A DNA stretch of 59,999 bases from an uncultured Victivallales bacterium (GCA_964604795.1 CAZSBQ010000001.1:1-59999), one strand, 5' to 3'. Counted from the stretch's first letter, positions 26,819-36,563 are shown. Translations and numbers: made by a program. The notes: generated by a model from the sequence alone, not told the origin.

Positions 26819-28372
26819 ATGCGACTGCACACCCGAAAGATACTTGACCGTTGCTTTTCCTCCATCGGCATCTTCGCCATCATACTCATGGCGGCGGCAC
26901 TGATGGTCATACTGTTCCCGATCATATACCGCGGCAGCAAGGCCTACGTATTCAAGGCCACCGTTGAGCACCGCACAGTCATGATGGAACAATTCGAGCA
27001 GGGCAACCCCGAGCGCCTGGAGCAGGAGACCGAGCAGATCGCACGGGCCAGAGCGCCCATCTTCAATATGCTCGTCGATTTTGAAGCCGATATCAAGGCG
27101 GAGTTGGAGGCCATTCTTCCCGACGTGCGCAAGCTCATCGAAACTGACGACAACCGCAGGCTCACACGCTCTCTTGCCCGCCGCCTGCGGCGATTGAGCG
27201 AGGACGCAACCATGGGGGAACTCATCAACACACTGACACGCATCCGGGACAAGCTGGAACGACAACTCAATGCACAGGACTACAGCGAACTGATCACCAG
27301 AATCGACACCAAGCTCAGTGAGATCAAAACCTTCAGCACCAAGGTGGCCGAACTCAAAAAGTCGTTGCGCCATCTGCTCGGTCCCCTGCCCGGCGACAAG
27401 CCGCCCGAAATGCTGCGCAACCAATACGGGCAAACACGCTGGGGCAAGGCGAAAGAAGCACTCGACCACGTGCTTCACCGCTACGAATGGGACTACAGCG
27501 ATCCGTCGCAGAGCGGCACGCAAGTCCGGACGCCGCGCATCGACGAATTTCGCGGCACCAATCTGGAACCGCTGTTCCCCTACCTGGAAAACAACATTGA
27601 AGACATCATGAACCCACGCCTCACCTTCTATTGGCGATTCCTCACCAACACCTCCCGAGACGCCCACTTTTTCGGCGGCATCTGGCCCGAGGTTCTGGGC
27701 ACGTTCTATCTGACGATCGGCGCCATGATCTTCGCCATCCCCATTGGCGTCATCTCCGCCATCTACCTGTGCGAATACGCCAAGCCGACCCGCACCATCA
27801 GCCTCTTGAGGAGCTGCATCAGCACTCTCGCGGGAGTACCCAGCATCGTGTTCGGACTTTTCGGCTTGGCCTTCTTCCTGAACACCATCCAAGTGTCCGA
27901 CTCCAAAAGCGTGCTCGCGGGCGCACTGACGCTGTCGCTGATGATCCTGCCCACGGTCATACGCGCATCCGAAGAAGCCATACTCGCAGTTCCCCTCGCC
28001 TACAAGGAAGCCGCTTTGGGAGTTGGTGCCGGACGCTGGCACACGGTGCTTACCGTGGTGCTTCCCGCCGCGCTGCCCGGCATTCTGACCGGCATTGTGA
28101 TCAGCATGGGCCGCGCCGCGGGAGAAACCGCGCCGATCATCTTCACCGCCGCCGTCAGCGTCGGGCAGCCACTCGGACTCAGCGAGGTGTTCAGCAACCC
28201 CACACCGGCACTGCCGTGGAACATCTACAACCTGGCCACCGAACACGAAGCCGTCGACGAAATCCGCCATGTCCAATACGGCATGGTCTTCACCTTGGTG
28301 GGGATGGTCCTCCTCCTTAACATCGCCGCCATCGCCATACGAGCCCGCATCTCCAAAAAACTGAGAGGATAA
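26819..28372 (+). CDS. pstA: phosphate ABC transporter permease PstA, long form with ~245-aa insertion after TM1
   Basis: The C-terminal ~230 aa form a typical PstA core (RASEEAILAVPLAYKEAALGVGAGRWHTV). Residues ~40-285 are a charged helical insert between TM1 and TM2. Confidence 0.9.
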   Translation: MRLHTRKILDRCFSSIGIFAIILMAAALMVILFPIIYRGSKAYVFKATVEHRTVMMEQFEQGNPERLEQETEQIARARAPIFNMLVDFEADIKAELEAILPDVRKLIETDDNRRLTRSLARRLRRLSEDATMGELINTLTRIRDKLERQLNAQDYSELITRIDTKLSEIKTFSTKVAELKKSLRHLLGPLPGDKPPEMLRNQYGQTRWGKAKEALDHVLHRYEWDYSDPSQSGTQVRTPRIDEFRGTNLEPLFPYLENNIEDIMNPRLTFYWRFLTNTSRDAHFFGGIWPEVLGTFYLTIGAMIFAIPIGVISAIYLCEYAKPTRTISLLRSCISTLAGVPSIVFGLFGLAFFLNTIQVSDSKSVLAGALTLSLMILPTVIRASEEAILAVPLAYKEAALGVGAGRWHTVLTVVLPAALPGILTGIVISMGRAAGETAPIIFTAAVSVGQPLGLSEVFSNPTPALPWNIYNLATEHEAVDEIRHVQYGMVFTLVGMVLLLNIAAIAIRARISKKLRG

Positions 28373-28381
28373 TACAGATCC

Positions 28382-29254
28382 ATGACTGACTCCCTCCTTG
28401 ACAAGCCCGAAGCCGCGGACGAGAACAAAGGCGCGATCCGCATGCAGCAGGCCGGCAAATTCAACGCCGAAGCACTCGGGGAAGACCAAGTCAACACCCT
28501 GGAAACGCATGTTGAATCCAGAGATTTCTCCGTGTTCTACGGCGACAACGAAGCTGTCAAAAGCCTGTCGGCCAAAATCCCGGCCAAACACGTAACCGCC
28601 ATCATAGGACCAAGCGGCTGCGGCAAAAGCACCTACCTTAGAGCCATTAACAGGATGAACGATCTCATCCCCATTTGCCATACGCGCGGCGAAGTGCTTT
28701 TCGACGGCGAAAACATCTACGATCCACGCATCGACGTGGTGCAGCTGCGGCAACGCGTCGGCATGGTCTTCCAGAAACCCAATCCGTTTCCGAAAACGAT
28801 CTTCGACAACATCGCCTACGGCCCCCGCCTGCAAGGGATCAAAAACAAGAACAGACTGGCTCAACTCGTGGAAGAAAGCCTGACCAGAGCCGCCCTCTGG
28901 AATGAAGTCAAAGACCGCCTCAACCATAATGCGGTGGGACTCTCCGGCGGCCAGCAACAACGGCTGTGCCTCGCGCGCGCATTGGCGGTCAAACCCGAAA
29001 TCCTGCTCATGGACGAGCCTACTTCCGCTCTGGACCCTCAGGCGACTTCCCGCATTGAAGACCTTATTGGCGAATTGCGCGGCGAGTACACAATCATCAT
29101 TGTCACCCACAACATGCAGCAGGCGGCGCGCGTCTCCGACCTGACCATGTTCCTGTACGAAGGCGCTCTCGTCGAATTCGGAGTCACGCGCCAACTGTTT
29201 ACAAACCCCAAACAAAAACAGACAGAAGACTACATCACCGGGCGCTTCGGATAA
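28382..29254 (+). CDS. pstB: phosphate ABC transporter ATP-binding protein PstB
   Basis: Walker [10 protein letters not shown], signature LSGGQQQRL, Walker [13 protein letters not shown]-terminal [10 protein letters not shown] is typical of PstB. Confidence 0.95.
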   Translation: MTDSLLDKPEAADENKGAIRMQQAGKFNAEALGEDQVNTLETHVESRDFSVFYGDNEAVKSLSAKIPAKHVTAIIGPSGCGKSTYLRAINRMNDLIPICHTRGEVLFDGENIYDPRIDVVQLRQRVGMVFQKPNPFPKTIFDNIAYGPRLQGIKNKNRLAQLVEESLTRAALWNEVKDRLNHNAVGLSGGQQQRLCLARALAVKPEILLMDEPTSALDPQATSRIEDLIGELRGEYTIIIVTHNMQQAARVSDLTMFLYEGALVEFGVTRQLFTNPKQKQTEDYITGRFG

Positions 29255-29400
29255 GCTATGTCCACAGAACTTGGTTGGATCCGGTCAGTTGAGTTCGCAA
29301 TGGCTTTAGTATCAACGGGCATCCCTGCCTGTTGTGAAGTTCTCTGCACCCAGGATGGCCGCAGTACGTAAGCAATCCAACCAAATTCTGTGGACATAGC
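29255..29400. repeat. MITE-like inverted-repeat element, copy B (146 bp), between pstB and phoU
   Basis: Arms 29255-29280 GCTATGTCCACAGAACTTGGTTGGAT and 29375-29400 ATCCAACCAAATTCTGTGGACATAGC are reverse complements (25 of 26). The element begins 1 nt after the pstB stop. Confidence 0.75.
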
Positions 29401-29484
29401 GGATAAGTCCCGCCATCCGAAAAGCGAAGCCCCCCTGAAGCCGCAAATGCTTCACAATCACACCCACTCACGGAGAAACACGTC

Positions 29485-30144
29485 ATGTCGGTGCATCTGC
29501 AAAAAGAACTGAAGCGACTGGAGCGGCAGCTGCTCAGCATTAGCGCTTTGGCGCAGGAAAACATTCAAAAGGCCGTGCAGGCATTCGAGCAAAGAGACAC
29601 GCAACTGGCGCAACAGGTGATGGACGCCGATGACGAAATTGATGCCATGGAAGTGGACATCGAGGAGGAATGCCTGAAGATGCTGGCCCTCTATCAGCCG
29701 GTGGCAGTCGACCTGCGCTTCATCGTCGCGGCACTCAAAATCAACAACGACCTTGAACGGGTCGGAGACCTGGCTAAAAACATCGCCAAACGCGTCGATA
29801 TCCTAGCTCGGAACCCCCAGGTCCAAATCCCGTTCGATTTCAAACCCATCGGAGAATACACGCTCGAACTCCTGCGCAAAACCTTGGACGCCTTCGTCCA
29901 TCTTGACCTCGAACAGGCCTACAGAATCGGCAAAATGGACAAACGCATCGACGAGGAACTCGGCAATGCCGAAAATGCCGTCATACGCGCCATTCAGCTC
30001 AGCCCCGAAGATGACCGCTGCCTGCTGCAAACCCTGTGGGTCTCCCGCAACCTCGAACGCGTCGGCGACCACGCTACAAACATTGCCGAAGACATCATCT
30101 ATATCCTCGAAGGTGAAATCGTGCGTCACAGCGGCAAGGAGTGA
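29485..30144 (+). CDS. phoU: phosphate signalling complex protein PhoU
   Basis: 219 aa with a duplicated PhoU fold and two E/DxxxD-type metal-binding motifs (INNDLERVGD and VSRNLERVGD). Position after pstB. Confidence 0.95.
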   Translation: MSVHLQKELKRLERQLLSISALAQENIQKAVQAFEQRDTQLAQQVMDADDEIDAMEVDIEEECLKMLALYQPVAVDLRFIVAALKINNDLERVGDLAKNIAKRVDILARNPQVQIPFDFKPIGEYTLELLRKTLDAFVHLDLEQAYRIGKMDKRIDEELGNAENAVIRAIQLSPEDDRCLLQTLWVSRNLERVGDHATNIAEDIIYILEGEIVRHSGKE

Positions 30145-30190
30145 GCCTCCCCCTGGGGCCTATTGTGGTCAGACACGGCGACGGAAGGAA

Positions 30191-30916
30191 TCACGATTCC
30201 GGCTCTGCGTGTCCGTCGACCAATCGGATGACTCGGTCGGCATGATGAGCGAGATCGACATCGTGCGTGACCATGACGATGGTTTTCTGCTGGTCGCGAT
30301 GCAGCTTGCGGAGGATGTCGACAATGTGGGCGCTGGCCTCCTCGTCCAAGTTCCCCGTAGGTTCGTCGGCCAGAAGGATGGCGGGATCATTGATGAGCGC
30401 GCGGGCCATGGCGACCCGCTGCTGTTCGCCGCCGGAGAGTTCCTGGGGCCGATGGTTGAGGCGGTTGCCGAGGCCGAAGGACTCGAGCAGCTCAACTCCC
30501 CGACGGCGGAACACCTGCTTGTTCACGCCCCGACGCAGAGCGGGCAGAACGACGTTCTCGATAGCGGAAAGCTCGGGCAGCAGGTGATAGGCTTGGAAAA
30601 CCATGCCAATGGCATTGCGCCGCAAAGCCGCAACCCGCATCCCGGACAGCCGGTTCAGGTTCCGTCCGTGGCACCGAACCGAACCTTCCGTTGGTCGGTC
30701 CAGAGCACCGAGGATATGCAGGAGCGTGCTTTTGCCGCAGCCGGAGGGGCCGACCAGCGCGATCCACTCGCCGAAGCGAACATTCAGGGAGATCCCCTTG
30801 AGCACGGGGATAACGTGCCCCTCGATGCGGAACCGGCGCTCGACTTTTTCCAGCTCGAACGCGAATTCGGCCGGGATCGCCTGGGTCTTGGTGAACGGAT
30901 CAGCGGTGGTGTGCAT
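30191..30916 (-). CDS. lolD: LolD-like ABC transporter ATP-binding protein
   Basis: Walker [10 protein letters not shown], signature LSGGEQQRV, Walker B ILLADEPTGNLD. Located 3 nt downstream of a LolC/E-type permease gene. Confidence 0.85.
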   Translation of the reverse strand: MHTTADPFTKTQAIPAEFAFELEKVERRFRIEGHVIPVLKGISLNVRFGEWIALVGPSGCGKSTLLHILGALDRPTEGSVRCHGRNLNRLSGMRVAALRRNAIGMVFQAYHLLPELSAIENVVLPALRRGVNKQVFRRRGVELLESFGLGNRLNHRPQELSGGEQQRVAMARALINDPAILLADEPTGNLDEEASAHIVDILRKLHRDQQKTIVMVTHDVDLAHHADRVIRLVDGHAEPES

Positions 30917-30919
30917 AGC

Positions 30920-32224
30920 TTACAGATTATCCTCCCGGAGGGCGTCGGCCGGGCTCAACAGCGACGCGTAGCCGGCGGGAACCAAGGCCGCCAGCATGCA
31001 GAGCAGCAAGGCGCTGACGGCAATCACCGCCACGTCCGTCGGCAGAACCTGCGCCGGAATCTCGGTGAAATGATACAACTCGGGCGGAAATATCTCCACG
31101 CCCAGAAAACGGGCGAGAAAGGCGGCTATGGCGGACCGATAGTGCAGCACCAGCAGGCCGGCGCTGACGCCCAGAGACGTTCCAATGGCGCCGATGATCG
31201 CTCCCTGATAGAGGAAAATGCGCGCGACGTCCAGCGGGCCGAAGCCAACGGCTTTGAGCACGCCGATCTCGCGAGTTTTCTGCACCGCAACGGTAACCAG
31301 CGTCGTGGATATCCCGAAGGCCGCCACCAGCACAATAAAGGTCAGCAGAAAAAACATCATGTTCTTCTCCACACGCAGCGCATCGAAATACTGCTTGTTG
31401 GCCTCTTGCCAGGTAACGATCCGCAGAAAGGGGAAGTCTTCCTGCAGAGTGTCGACAATCGGCGTGACGCGGAAGGGATTGGGGACCTTGGCGTGGATCG
31501 TCGTGGCCGCTCCCCAAGGCAGTCCGAACAGGTCGGCCGCCTGGTCGAGGTGCAGGATCACCAGCGTGGAATCATACTCGTAGATGCCCATGGAGAGAAT
31601 GCCGACCACCTCCACCTCTTCGGGCAGATACACCTCGGCCCGGTCGCGGCTCTGAATCTGCCCGCTTTCATCCCAGTCGAAGTTGGCAGTCAGGTTGGCG
31701 GGAGAATGAATCAGCAGATTGTCGCCCAGTTGGATGCCGAGTTCGGCGGCCAATTGCGCGCCGATGACGGCCTCGCCCTCCTCGACGTCGAAGCGTCCGC
31801 GCACCTTGTCGGCGAAATCGGTCACCTGCCGCTCCTGTTCCGGCAGGATGCCGCGCACGAATTTGCCGGCCGCCTGATTGCGCACCTGCAGCAGCACCGG
31901 CCCCTCAACAATAGGGGCAGCCTCGCAATCCAAAGCCTGGAGACGACTCACGATGCGCTCGGGATTGGACAGAACCGCCACCGAATCCTCGGAATTGCGG
32001 GCCGAGGGCGTAACCTGCACATGCGACTGCATACTCAGAATGCCCTGCTTCAGCTGACGATCGAAGCCGCTCATCACCGCAATGACGATGACCAGCAGCC
32101 CCACCCCCAGGACAGGACCGAGAACCGACAGCAAGGTGACAAAGGAAATGAACGTCCGCTTGGGACGCAAATACCGCAGAGCCAGTAATATGTCTGCATT
32201 TAGCAACATTGAATCCGAAAACAC
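30920..32224 (-). CDS. lolC: LolC/E-family (FtsX-like) lipoprotein-release permease
   Basis: The N-terminus LALRYLRPKRTFISFVTLLSVLGPVLGV is typical of LolC/E. Large periplasmic domain, then a C-terminal FtsX 3-TM bundle. An alternative start is ATG 32209. Confidence 0.85.
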   Translation of the reverse strand: MFSDSMLLNADILLALRYLRPKRTFISFVTLLSVLGPVLGVGLLVIVIAVMSGFDRQLKQGILSMQSHVQVTPSARNSEDSVAVLSNPERIVSRLQALDCEAAPIVEGPVLLQVRNQAAGKFVRGILPEQERQVTDFADKVRGRFDVEEGEAVIGAQLAAELGIQLGDNLLIHSPANLTANFDWDESGQIQSRDRAEVYLPEEVEVVGILSMGIYEYDSTLVILHLDQAADLFGLPWGAATTIHAKVPNPFRVTPIVDTLQEDFPFLRIVTWQEANKQYFDALRVEKNMMFFLLTFIVLVAAFGISTTLVTVAVQKTREIGVLKAVGFGPLDVARIFLYQGAIIGAIGTSLGVSAGLLVLHYRSAIAAFLARFLGVEIFPPELYHFTEIPAQVLPTDVAVIAVSALLLCMLAALVPAGYASLLSPADALREDNL

Positions 32225-32227
32225 CTC

Positions 32228-32500
32228 TCACTTGTTCCGCTTGCGAAAGAAACTGCTGAACGGCAGCGCAGGCAAACAAAGCAGCGCCGCCCCGACACCA
32301 GTAGCAAAACTGCCCGCCGAAACCGTCGCCCAAGTGTGCCATTCACCCGAGATGATCATGTGGATCACAAAACCGCATGCCGACAATGCGATCAGAAAAA
32401 TCAGCAAATCCGCAGCCACTCGAACCAGACTGAACGCCACCGCCATACCCACCAGGGTGAACAGCGCGGCAGCTAGACAAAATTGAACGGTCAGCGTCAT
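32228..32500 (-). CDS. 90-aa three-TM membrane protein, unknown function
   Basis: Three hydrophobic helices and a basic C-terminus FFRKRNK. Its ATG overlaps the upstream MoxR stop as ATGA (32500-32497). It ends 3 nt before the lolC/E start. Confidence 0.55.
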   Translation of the reverse strand: MTLTVQFCLAAALFTLVGMAVAFSLVRVAADLLIFLIALSACGFVIHMIISGEWHTWATVSAGSFATGVGAALLCLPALPFSSFFRKRNK

Positions 32501-33903
32501 TTCCCGTACTCTCCCGGCGACGGTTCGCGGACAGACTCGAGCAGTTTCCGAACCAGAATATCGGAGGTGACGCCCTCGGAATCAGCAGTGAAATTGGTGT
32601 ACACCCGGTGACGAAGCACCGGCAGCGCCAGGGCGCGCACGTCGTCGCAGCTCACATTGACGCGCCCCTGCACCACCGCCCGGGCCTTGGCGCCCAGAAT
32701 CAGAAACTGCGCGGCCCGCGGTCCCGCCCCGCAGAACACATTCTGCCGGATGAAGTCCGGCGCACGCTCCTCGGCCGGCCGACTCGAGCGCACCAACCGC
32801 GTGGCATACTTGACCACGTGGGAGCTGACCGGCAGGCTCCGCACCACCTTCTGCAGCTCCAGAACCTGCTCCGCGGACAGAAGCGGGCTGACGTCTGCGG
32901 TCTCATTGCCGGTAGTGCTGCTGACGATGGTCTCCTCCTCCGCCTCGTCGGGGTACTCCACGATAATGTTGAACATGAAGCGGTCGAGCTGCGCCTCGGG
33001 CAGCGGATATGTCCCCTCCTGCTCCAGCGGGTTCTGAGTAGCCAGCACAAAAAACGGCGGCGACAGCGGGAAAACATGGTTGGACACAGTCACCTGCCGC
33101 TCCTGCATGCACTCCAGCAGGGCGGCCTGCGTCTTCGGCGGTGTCCGGTTGATCTCGTCGGCCAGCAGCAGATTCGTGAAAATGGGACCGGGCATGAATC
33201 GGAAGCTGCGGTTACCGGTCGTTTCGTCGGTCTCCAGCACGTCCGTACCCAGAATATCGGAGGGCATCAAGTCCGGCGTGAACTGAATCCGACGAAAATG
33301 CAGTTGCAGAATGTCCGCCAGGGTGCGCACCATCAGGGTTTTGGCCAGGCCTGGCAGGCCGACCATCAGGCAATGACCGTTCGCGGCCAGGGCCGTCAAA
33401 AGCTGTTCCAAGACCTTTCGCTGACCAACGATCGCATGCCCGAACTCCTCCTCGACACGGGGAAATATCTCACGCATGCGCTCCACGCTTTTCAGCATGT
33501 CTGCGTCCCCGGCCAACGATCCGCTTCCCGCGGCGCTCTTCGGGGCCTGCGCGGTTTCATGGGCTGAAGGCGTTGCGGACTCCGCAGGTTCCGCAGTCTT
33601 TTTGCCGTCGCCCCCGTCCTCACGCCGGAAGAGCACCCGGACGGTTCCGAATTTGATTTCGGTATCCTCGCACAGCTCGTGCTCGGCAACCCGTTGGCTG
33701 TCGACAAAAGTGCCGTTATTGCTGTCCAAATCGCGCAGCGTCCACTGTCCGCCGCGCCCCTCCAACACGGCATGTTTCCGGGACACGCTGTCGTCCACAA
33801 TCGAGATGTCCGCCTCGTGACCGCGCCCCACCGTCCAGGTTCCGGGGCTCAAATCATGCACGTGCCCCGCATGCTTCCCTTCCAGAATTTCGAGTTGTGC
33901 CAT
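32497..33903 (-). CDS. FHA-domain / MoxR-family AAA+ ATPase fusion
   Basis: The start is taken at ATG 33903 (MAQLEILEG). FHA signature GRGHEADISIVDDSVSRKHAVLE...LRDLDSNNGTFVD. MoxR core has Walker A GLPGLAKT, Walker B LLLADEINR and PPKTQAALLECMQERQVTV. Confidence 0.85.
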   Translation of the reverse strand: MAQLEILEGKHAGHVHDLSPGTWTVGRGHEADISIVDDSVSRKHAVLEGRGGQWTLRDLDSNNGTFVDSQRVAEHELCEDTEIKFGTVRVLFRREDGGDGKKTAEPAESATPSAHETAQAPKSAAGSGSLAGDADMLKSVERMREIFPRVEEEFGHAIVGQRKVLEQLLTALAANGHCLMVGLPGLAKTLMVRTLADILQLHFRRIQFTPDLMPSDILGTDVLETDETTGNRSFRFMPGPIFTNLLLADEINRTPPKTQAALLECMQERQVTVSNHVFPLSPPFFVLATQNPLEQEGTYPLPEAQLDRFMFNIIVEYPDEAEEETIVSSTTGNETADVSPLLSAEQVLELQKVVRSLPVSSHVVKYATRLVRSSRPAEERAPDFIRQNVFCGAGPRAAQFLILGAKARAVVQGRVNVSCDDVRALALPVLRHRVYTNFTADSEGVTSDILVRKLLESVREPSPGEYGK

Positions 33904-34163
33904 GAGAACTGCCTCCGGACTGATTGCTGAATCCGCAAGCGTACAATGTAAAGAGTGCTCGATGGAAGTCAACAACTGAAAACTCCGGGATTCGAAGAAT
34001 GCGGATTGGCGAAAGCCCGAGCAGTGCCCGACCGGCAACCCTTGTGATCTTGCGCATTAAATTGGTCGCGATATGTTAAAGTATGATTTACCACCGTCGT
34101 CTGCATCCGCCCCCGGAAACTCTCTCGGAGAATCACAGCCATCACGTGGCACAGACTGCAGCA

Positions 34164-35216
34164 ATGCGTTTTTTTCAGCTCAACTTTGTCGGAGCGCACA
34201 TATCGCTCGCCTGTGTCCTTCTTTCCCTGCTTCTGCTTTCCGGATGCGGAAACCGCGAGGACGTGCAGTACGACAACACCCGAACGCAGCTTCTTCGACG
34301 CCTGTTCGACAACCTGACACGCGGCGAAAGCGACCAGGCGCTGCGCGACATCGAGCGCCTGCGGACCCTCACCGATCCCACCCCTTTTTACCGTCAAGTC
34401 GAGGAACACGAGCGCATCCGCAAACAACTCGCTGGAGCCGCTCAAGCCATCCGCACCGGCAACCCCGACGAAGCCCTGCCCATCCTTCGACGGCTGGACC
34501 AGCGATTCCCCGACACTGAAGCCGTCCAAAAAGCCCGCCTCAACTGCCGGGCGCTGAACGCCCTGCAAAACACCGTCCGCGACCTCCCCGCATCCTGGGC
34601 CGAACAGCAGCAGGCCGCCCTCGCCAAGCTCAAACCCTACCGTGACACCCTCGCCGAAATCAACGTCTTTCAAAAATGGCACGACAAACAGCAAAAACGC
34701 CTGGCTCAAATGAAGCAGCGCGAACACGCCGAAGCTCGACGCCAATTGAGCAACGAACTGGATTTCGCCCTCGTTTCACATCGGACGGCGGCCCCCTTTG
34801 TGCTCGCACAGCTGGCCGCAGTGAACGCCGACTTCCGCACAGCCCTCGAAAAACGCGCCCAGCACAGCAGCCCCGTATCCACACCGGGCACCATAGTCCC
34901 GTTGGAGACGGTGCTTGCCCTGCTGGGAAGCGGGAACCCTGCGGATGCATCCGAGTCTAAACCATCGCGTGCTCGAAGCGCATGGCGCTCACAGCAACTG
35001 CTGGAAGCCCTGAATTCGGCGCGGCGCGGACACTGGAGTCCCGCTTTTCGGCAACTCAGCGAAATCCACCTTGAGTCGCCGCTTGACAGGCACTACAGTA
35101 CCGCGATGCTGACATCTTTTATGCCGGACGATGCCAAGGGGGATGGGCCTCCGCAGGTTCCCCCCTGCCCGTCGGTGCCAGAGATACTTCAGCTCATCGC
35201 GGATGTCGCGCAGTAG
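34164..35216 (+). CDS. lipoprotein, helical, unknown function
   Basis: ATG 34164 lies within ORF 34083-35216. MRFFQLNFVGAHISLACVLLSLLLLSGC has a lipobox (LLSGC). No motif recognised. Confidence 0.6.
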   Translation: MRFFQLNFVGAHISLACVLLSLLLLSGCGNREDVQYDNTRTQLLRRLFDNLTRGESDQALRDIERLRTLTDPTPFYRQVEEHERIRKQLAGAAQAIRTGNPDEALPILRRLDQRFPDTEAVQKARLNCRALNALQNTVRDLPASWAEQQQAALAKLKPYRDTLAEINVFQKWHDKQQKRLAQMKQREHAEARRQLSNELDFALVSHRTAAPFVLAQLAAVNADFRTALEKRAQHSSPVSTPGTIVPLETVLALLGSGNPADASESKPSRARSAWRSQQLLEALNSARRGHWSPAFRQLSEIHLESPLDRHYSTAMLTSFMPDDAKGDGPPQVPPCPSVPEILQLIADVAQ

Positions 35217-35341
35217 CCGCGACACAATCAAAAACCACAAACAAAACACCTGAATCCGCCGCAGCGGACCCGCCGCTGCGCTCCGACACAAAACCAGGAA
35301 CCCGAAAACAAGCAACCCACGTGCCAAGGAGAACCCACAGA

Positions 35342-36484
35342 ATGTCAACCAACCTCAAAATCGTCATCATGCTCACCGTCAGCGTCGTGCTGGCCTGGAG
35401 CGCCGCCAACCTCACCGCTCAAGACACCGATGCGGACAAGCAAAAGGATGTGCCGCCTGCCGCCGCGCCCGAAGCCGGAAACGGAGAAACGGTGGACGAG
35501 GCCTTCGACTTCATGCCCGAAGTCGTGGCCAAGTCCGAAAACTTCACCGTCACCGCCGAGGAAGTGCAGCAGGCCATCACGCGTCGTCTATCCCAAAGTC
35601 AGATGCCCGTCAGCAATTTGGGCAATCTCCCCCCCAACGTTCTCAAAAACCTGGCGTACTCCGCCACGCAGCAGCTGATCGACCAGCACCTGATCGCGGC
35701 CAAAGCCGAGGACGAAGGCTACGTCCCCGCCGCCGAGGACGCCAAAAAGCAGCTCGAGCAATGGGAAGAGCAGGCCGGCAAGGAAAAACTGGAGGAAAGT
35801 CTGGCGCAAAACGGCATTACCCGCGAGGAACTCCTCGAGGACCTCGGCCGTGAGCTGGGCGTGCGTCAATGGCTCCAGGAGGAAGTCATGAGCAATGTCA
35901 CCGTCGACGAGGAAGCCGTGCGCGAGTTCTACGAGAACAACCCCCAGGCATTCAACACCGACGAGCAGAAAAAAGCCTCCCACATCCTCGTCTCCGCGGA
36001 CCAGAGCGCCTCCGAAAAAGAGCGGGAAAAGGCCAAAAGCAAAGCGGAAAACCTGCGCAAACAGCTGGACGAGGGCGCGGACTTCGCCGAACTCGCCGAA
36101 GCCGAAAGCGACTGCCCCAGTTCCAAGCAGGGCGGCGACCTCGGCTTCTTCGGCAAAGGGCAGATGGCCCCCGCCTTCGAGGAAGCCGCGTTTGCCCTCG
36201 AGGAAGGCGAACTCAGCGACGTTGTCGAAACCCGCTTCGGCTATCATGTCATTCAGGGCGGCGCCGACAAGGAAGCAGGCACAGTCCCCTTCGAGGAAGC
36301 AAAACCCCAAATCATGCAGCACCTCCAGCAGCAGGAAGGACAACAGGCCCTGCAAAAGGTCGTGAACGTTCTCAAAGAGCAAACCGACGTAGAAGTGCTC
36401 ATCGAAGAACCCCCGGCACCGCAAGCCCCTCCCCAAGGTCAAGGTCAACCGCCCGCGCCGCCGACACCTCCCCAGGGAGAATAA
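35342..36484 (+). CDS. parvulin-type peptidyl-prolyl isomerase (SurA/PrsA-like)
   Basis: AAGGAG 35326-35331 lies before ATG 35342. Signal peptide. Rotamase domain ASHILV...DCPSSKQGGDLGFFGKGQMAPAFEEAAF...VETRFGYHVI. Pro/Gln-rich tail. Confidence 0.85.
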   Translation: MSTNLKIVIMLTVSVVLAWSAANLTAQDTDADKQKDVPPAAAPEAGNGETVDEAFDFMPEVVAKSENFTVTAEEVQQAITRRLSQSQMPVSNLGNLPPNVLKNLAYSATQQLIDQHLIAAKAEDEGYVPAAEDAKKQLEQWEEQAGKEKLEESLAQNGITREELLEDLGRELGVRQWLQEEVMSNVTVDEEAVREFYENNPQAFNTDEQKKASHILVSADQSASEKEREKAKSKAENLRKQLDEGADFAELAEAESDCPSSKQGGDLGFFGKGQMAPAFEEAAFALEEGELSDVVETRFGYHVIQGGADKEAGTVPFEEAKPQIMQHLQQQEGQQALQKVVNVLKEQTDVEVLIEEPPAPQAPPQGQGQPPAPPTPPQGE

Positions 36485-36521
36485 ACCGCGCCCTGCAGAC
36501 ACCATCCCCTACCCCCCCCAG

Positions 36522-36550
36522 CCCGGCGGCACCTCGCCGCCGGGTCTTTT
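36522..36550 (+). terminator. intrinsic terminator after the PPIase gene
   Basis: CCCGGCGGC (36522-36530) pairs with GCCGCCGGG (36536-36544), loop ACCTC, followed by TCTTTT. Confidence 0.7.
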
Positions 36551-36563
36551 ATATCACCCCCCC

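Noticed and set aside
26744-29215. 823-aa minus-strand ORF
   Set aside because: It is antisense to pstA and pstB, whose products carry unambiguous ABC-transporter motifs. No motif is present in the shadow product.
29903-32188. 761-aa plus-strand ORF
   Set aside because: It is antisense to the lolD and lolC/E genes, which carry Walker, signature and FtsX features. It overlaps the phoU 3' end out of frame. It is a shadow ORF.
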